Origin: Candidatus Sumerlaeaceae bacterium
GTDB taxonomy: Bacteria; Sumerlaeota; Sumerlaeia; Sumerlaeales; Sumerlaeaceae
Reading direction: 5' to 3'
Length of the DNA: 64,000 nucleotides
Assembly: GCA_049968255.1 (NCBI GenBank)
Contig: JBMFRB010000004.1
Location: 96,001-160,000 of the forward strand
A model generated the notes under the pieces. That model was not told the DNA's origin. It searched no databases and saw only the letters and a program-made list of their open reading frames with translations. The stretch's first letter is position 1; each line of letters starts with the position of its first letter. Positions 61,889-64,000 of this stretch are shown one piece after another. The position numbers and the translations under genes are program-made.

Positions 61889-62695
61889 ATGGTCTCAGCT
61901 CTAGTCAAAATCGGTTGGTACTCGGTGTGGCGTAGCCGAAAGAGTGGCAGCCCGCTATTTTTTCCACTCCTTGCCATAGCGTTCGTTGCCATTGTTTGGG
62001 CGTTGAGATTCTCTCGCCATGCTCAGTCGCCAGCTCAAGCGGTCGAGATTTATAGAACGTGGTCCGCAGTATTCCTTTCCTTCATCGTGCCTCTTGTGTC
62101 TGTGAGCTTTGGCGTCGGAATTCTGCGCGAACAGGTCGAAAGCAAAACGCTTGTCTACTTGTGGACGCGCCCCACGGGCCGTGTTCTCCCGCTCTTCATA
62201 AAGTGGCTTGTCGCCGCCGTCGTCTTCAGTTTCTTTGCCTCTTTAGCTGCGGCCATTCTCTATATGGGAATTATGCTCGCTCACAGTGATCCAAAAGAGC
62301 TTGTCGCAAGCGCCCTAATGCTCGGCTGGGACAGTGCTGCACTCACGGTTGGGGCTGTCGTCTACCTGCTCCTGGGCCTGGTTTTTAGCCTTTTCGGCAA
62401 GCGCGGGATGACGTTAGCAATTTCTTACGTTGTGCTCGTGGATTTTCTCGCTGCGTTGCTCCCCGGAGAGCTCCGCAAAATCTCGATGAAAATTATCACC
62501 CTCTCGCTCAGCTCATCGGGAACCGCGTTAAGCCGCCACAGAGGCTCGCTCGACCTGCTCCAGCAGCAGGAACTTGTATCAGTCAGCGAAGCGCTCTTTA
62601 CGGCGCTTGTGGTGATCGTCCTCTGCTGGATCACGATATTTGCGCTTATGCAAATCGTGGAAATAGGTGCCGAGCGTGCTGCGGGCGCCACATGA
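61889..62695 (+). CDS. ABC-2 type transporter permease
   Basis: 'EQVESKTLVYLWTRP'; about 6 TM segments. Confidence 0.8.
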   Translation: MVSALVKIGWYSVWRSRKSGSPLFFPLLAIAFVAIVWALRFSRHAQSPAQAVEIYRTWSAVFLSFIVPLVSVSFGVGILREQVESKTLVYLWTRPTGRVLPLFIKWLVAAVVFSFFASLAAAILYMGIMLAHSDPKELVASALMLGWDSAALTVGAVVYLLLGLVFSLFGKRGMTLAISYVVLVDFLAALLPGELRKISMKIITLSLSSSGTALSRHRGSLDLLQQQELVSVSEALFTALVVIVLCWITIFALMQIVEIGAERAAGAT

Positions 62696-62805
62696 GTTGC
62701 AGCTGATGCAGGGGGCGAGCCAGCGGACTCAGGTAGGGGAAAAGATCCCAGCAGGAAAAACTCCGTGAATAAGTAGGCCAGGATAAGATAAAAACTCGCA
62801 AAGAG

Positions 62806-62880
62806 ATGGCGTCCAAAATTTTCATAACTCCGACCACCCTCATTTCGATCGCTATTATTGGGCCCTCACGGGTCCAGTAA
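62806..62880 (+). CDS. Putative Ile/Thr-rich leader peptide MASKIFITPTTLISIAIIGPSRVQ
   Basis: ATG 62806 to TAA 62880; 6 Ile and 3 Thr in 24 codons; about 100 nt upstream of cimA. Confidence 0.55.
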   Translation: MASKIFITPTTLISIAIIGPSRVQ

Positions 62881-62930
62881 ACGCGCCGACATAAAACCAT
62901 TCCCTGAAGTCTCTCGAAACAGCTGCACAA

Positions 62931-62958
62931 CGGATCGCATTGGCGACCGAACCTTTTT
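62931..62958 (+). terminator. Weak terminator-like hairpin in the cimA leader (candidate attenuator)
   Basis: CGG(A)TCGC-ATTG-GCGACCG stem followed by AACCTTTTT, just before the AGGAG SD. Confidence 0.4.
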
Positions 62959-62982
62959 CAACACCAAGACAGGAGTTTTACC

Positions 62983-64000
62983 ATGGGCCAGCTACAGAAA
63001 GATGTCTACATCTACGACACAACGTTGCGCGACGGCGAACAAGGCGAGTTTGTCAGCTACTCTCTAGAAGACAAAATTCACATCGCACAACGCCTCGACG
63101 ACTTCGGTGTGGACTACATTGAAGGCGGATGGCCCGGGTCTAATCCCAAAGCCATTCACTTCTTCAAGAAAATGAAAACGATCCCGCTGAAGAATGCAAA
63201 ACTTGCGGCGTTTGGAAGCACACGACGCAAAAATATCAAAGCGGCCGAAGATTCTCAGATTCTTCTGCTTCTAGAATCTGGTGCGCCAGTTGTGACGATC
63301 TTTGGCAAGACGTGGGACCTCCATGTCCACGAAGCTCTGCGCGTCAGCCTTGAGGAGAACCTCGAAATGATTCGCGATTCTGTGAACTTCCTCAAAAGCC
63401 ACGGGCGCGAAGTGATCTACGATGCTGAGCACTTTTTCGACGGTTTCAAAAGTAACCCCGACTATGCTCTGAAAACGATCCGCACAGCCGCCGAAGCGGG
63501 GGCGGATACAGTCGTTCTCTGCGACACGAATGGTGGCACCATGCCTACCGAAATTCCTGCAATTATGAAGGCCGTGAAAGAGGCGTTGGGCTCGACCCCA
63601 ATTGGCGTGCATACCCACAACGATGCAGGGATGGCGGTGGCCAACAGCATCGTCGCCGTGCATGAAGGGGCCATCCACGTCCAGGGCACGATAAACGGCT
63701 ACGGCGAGCGTTGTGGCAACGCCGACCTCATCCAGGTCATTCCTAATCTTGAACTCAAACTCAAGAAACGTTGCCTTCCCGAGGGCAAACTGCGCGAGTT
63801 GACGGCGGTCTCGCACTTCGTTGCCGAGATTGCCAACATTCCTCCTGATCCGCGGCAGCCCTACGTCGGCCAGACTGTATTTGCGCACAAAGGCGGTGTT
63901 CACGTCAGCGCCGTCCGTCGTAATCCAGCCACCTACGAACATATCCCCCCGGAGTTGGTGGGCAATGTGCGCCGCGTGCTTGTGAGTGAGCTGAGTGGCC
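62983..64000 (+). CDS. cimA: Citramalate synthase (LeuA/CimA DRE-TIM family), runs off window
   Basis: Not in ORF track; [22 protein letters not shown]...[12 protein letters not shown], '[10 protein letters not shown]', 'YDAEHFFDG', 'LCDTNGG', 'HTHND', 'GYGERCGNA', 'AHKGGVH'. GGWPGSNP and DAEHFFDG are typical of bacterial CimA. Confidence 0.9.
   Translation, partial: MGQLQKDVYIYDTTLRDGEQGEFVSYSLEDKIHIAQRLDDFGVDYIEGGWPGSNPKAIHFFKKMKTIPLKNAKLAAFGSTRRKNIKAAEDSQILLLLESGAPVVTIFGKTWDLHVHEALRVSLEENLEMIRDSVNFLKSHGREVIYDAEHFFDGFKSNPDYALKTIRTAAEAGADTVVLCDTNGGTMPTEIPAIMKAVKEALGSTPIGVHTHNDAGMAVANSIVAVHEGAIHVQGTINGYGERCGNADLIQVIPNLELKLKKRCLPEGKLRELTAVSHFVAEIANIPPDPRQPYVGQTVFAHKGGVHVSAVRRNPATYEHIPPELVGNVRRVLVSELSG

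Noticed and set aside
63271-63942. 223-aa minus-strand ORF
   Set aside because: Antisense to cimA, which the ORF track missed because it has no stop codon inside the window.

Overview
A gene-dense chromosomal window from a bacterium, mostly housekeeping, at roughly 55% GC by eye. It looks diderm, given LolC/E-LolD and many Sec-exported proteins. Gene content and protein style suggest a Sumerlaeota/BRC1-like organism, but that is recollection and was not tested. I found no rRNA, tRNA, CRISPR array, prophage or IS element. Recognisable genes: an ECF sigma factor (truncated), hppA, lolC/E-lolD, a KimA-like K+ permease, an orphan short atpC, metG, a LacI regulator with a sugar ABC locus, hisB, dapF, rnhB, NfeD, rel/spoT, a radical SAM protein, an MscK-like channel, thiE, thiL, a YyaL-like protein, mnmE, an AAC(3)-like protein, ribD, udk, an orphan EutN/CcmL, a GT-C glycosyltransferase, galT, RNase HI, uvrA, a CPBP protease with an ABC-2 exporter, and cimA (truncated). 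Two elements are missing from the ORF track: a clear c-di-AMP (ydaO) riboswitch upstream of the KimA-like gene, and a 24-codon Ile-rich leader ORF with hairpins upstream of citramalate synthase (candidate attenuator). Other leads are two paralogous exported UshA-like proteins with CxC motifs and eroded catalytic motifs, a secreted protein ending in a possible sorting signal (LPVSLSSFTIE), and a golvesin-like/LPxL-repeat/Cys-less thioredoxin protein.
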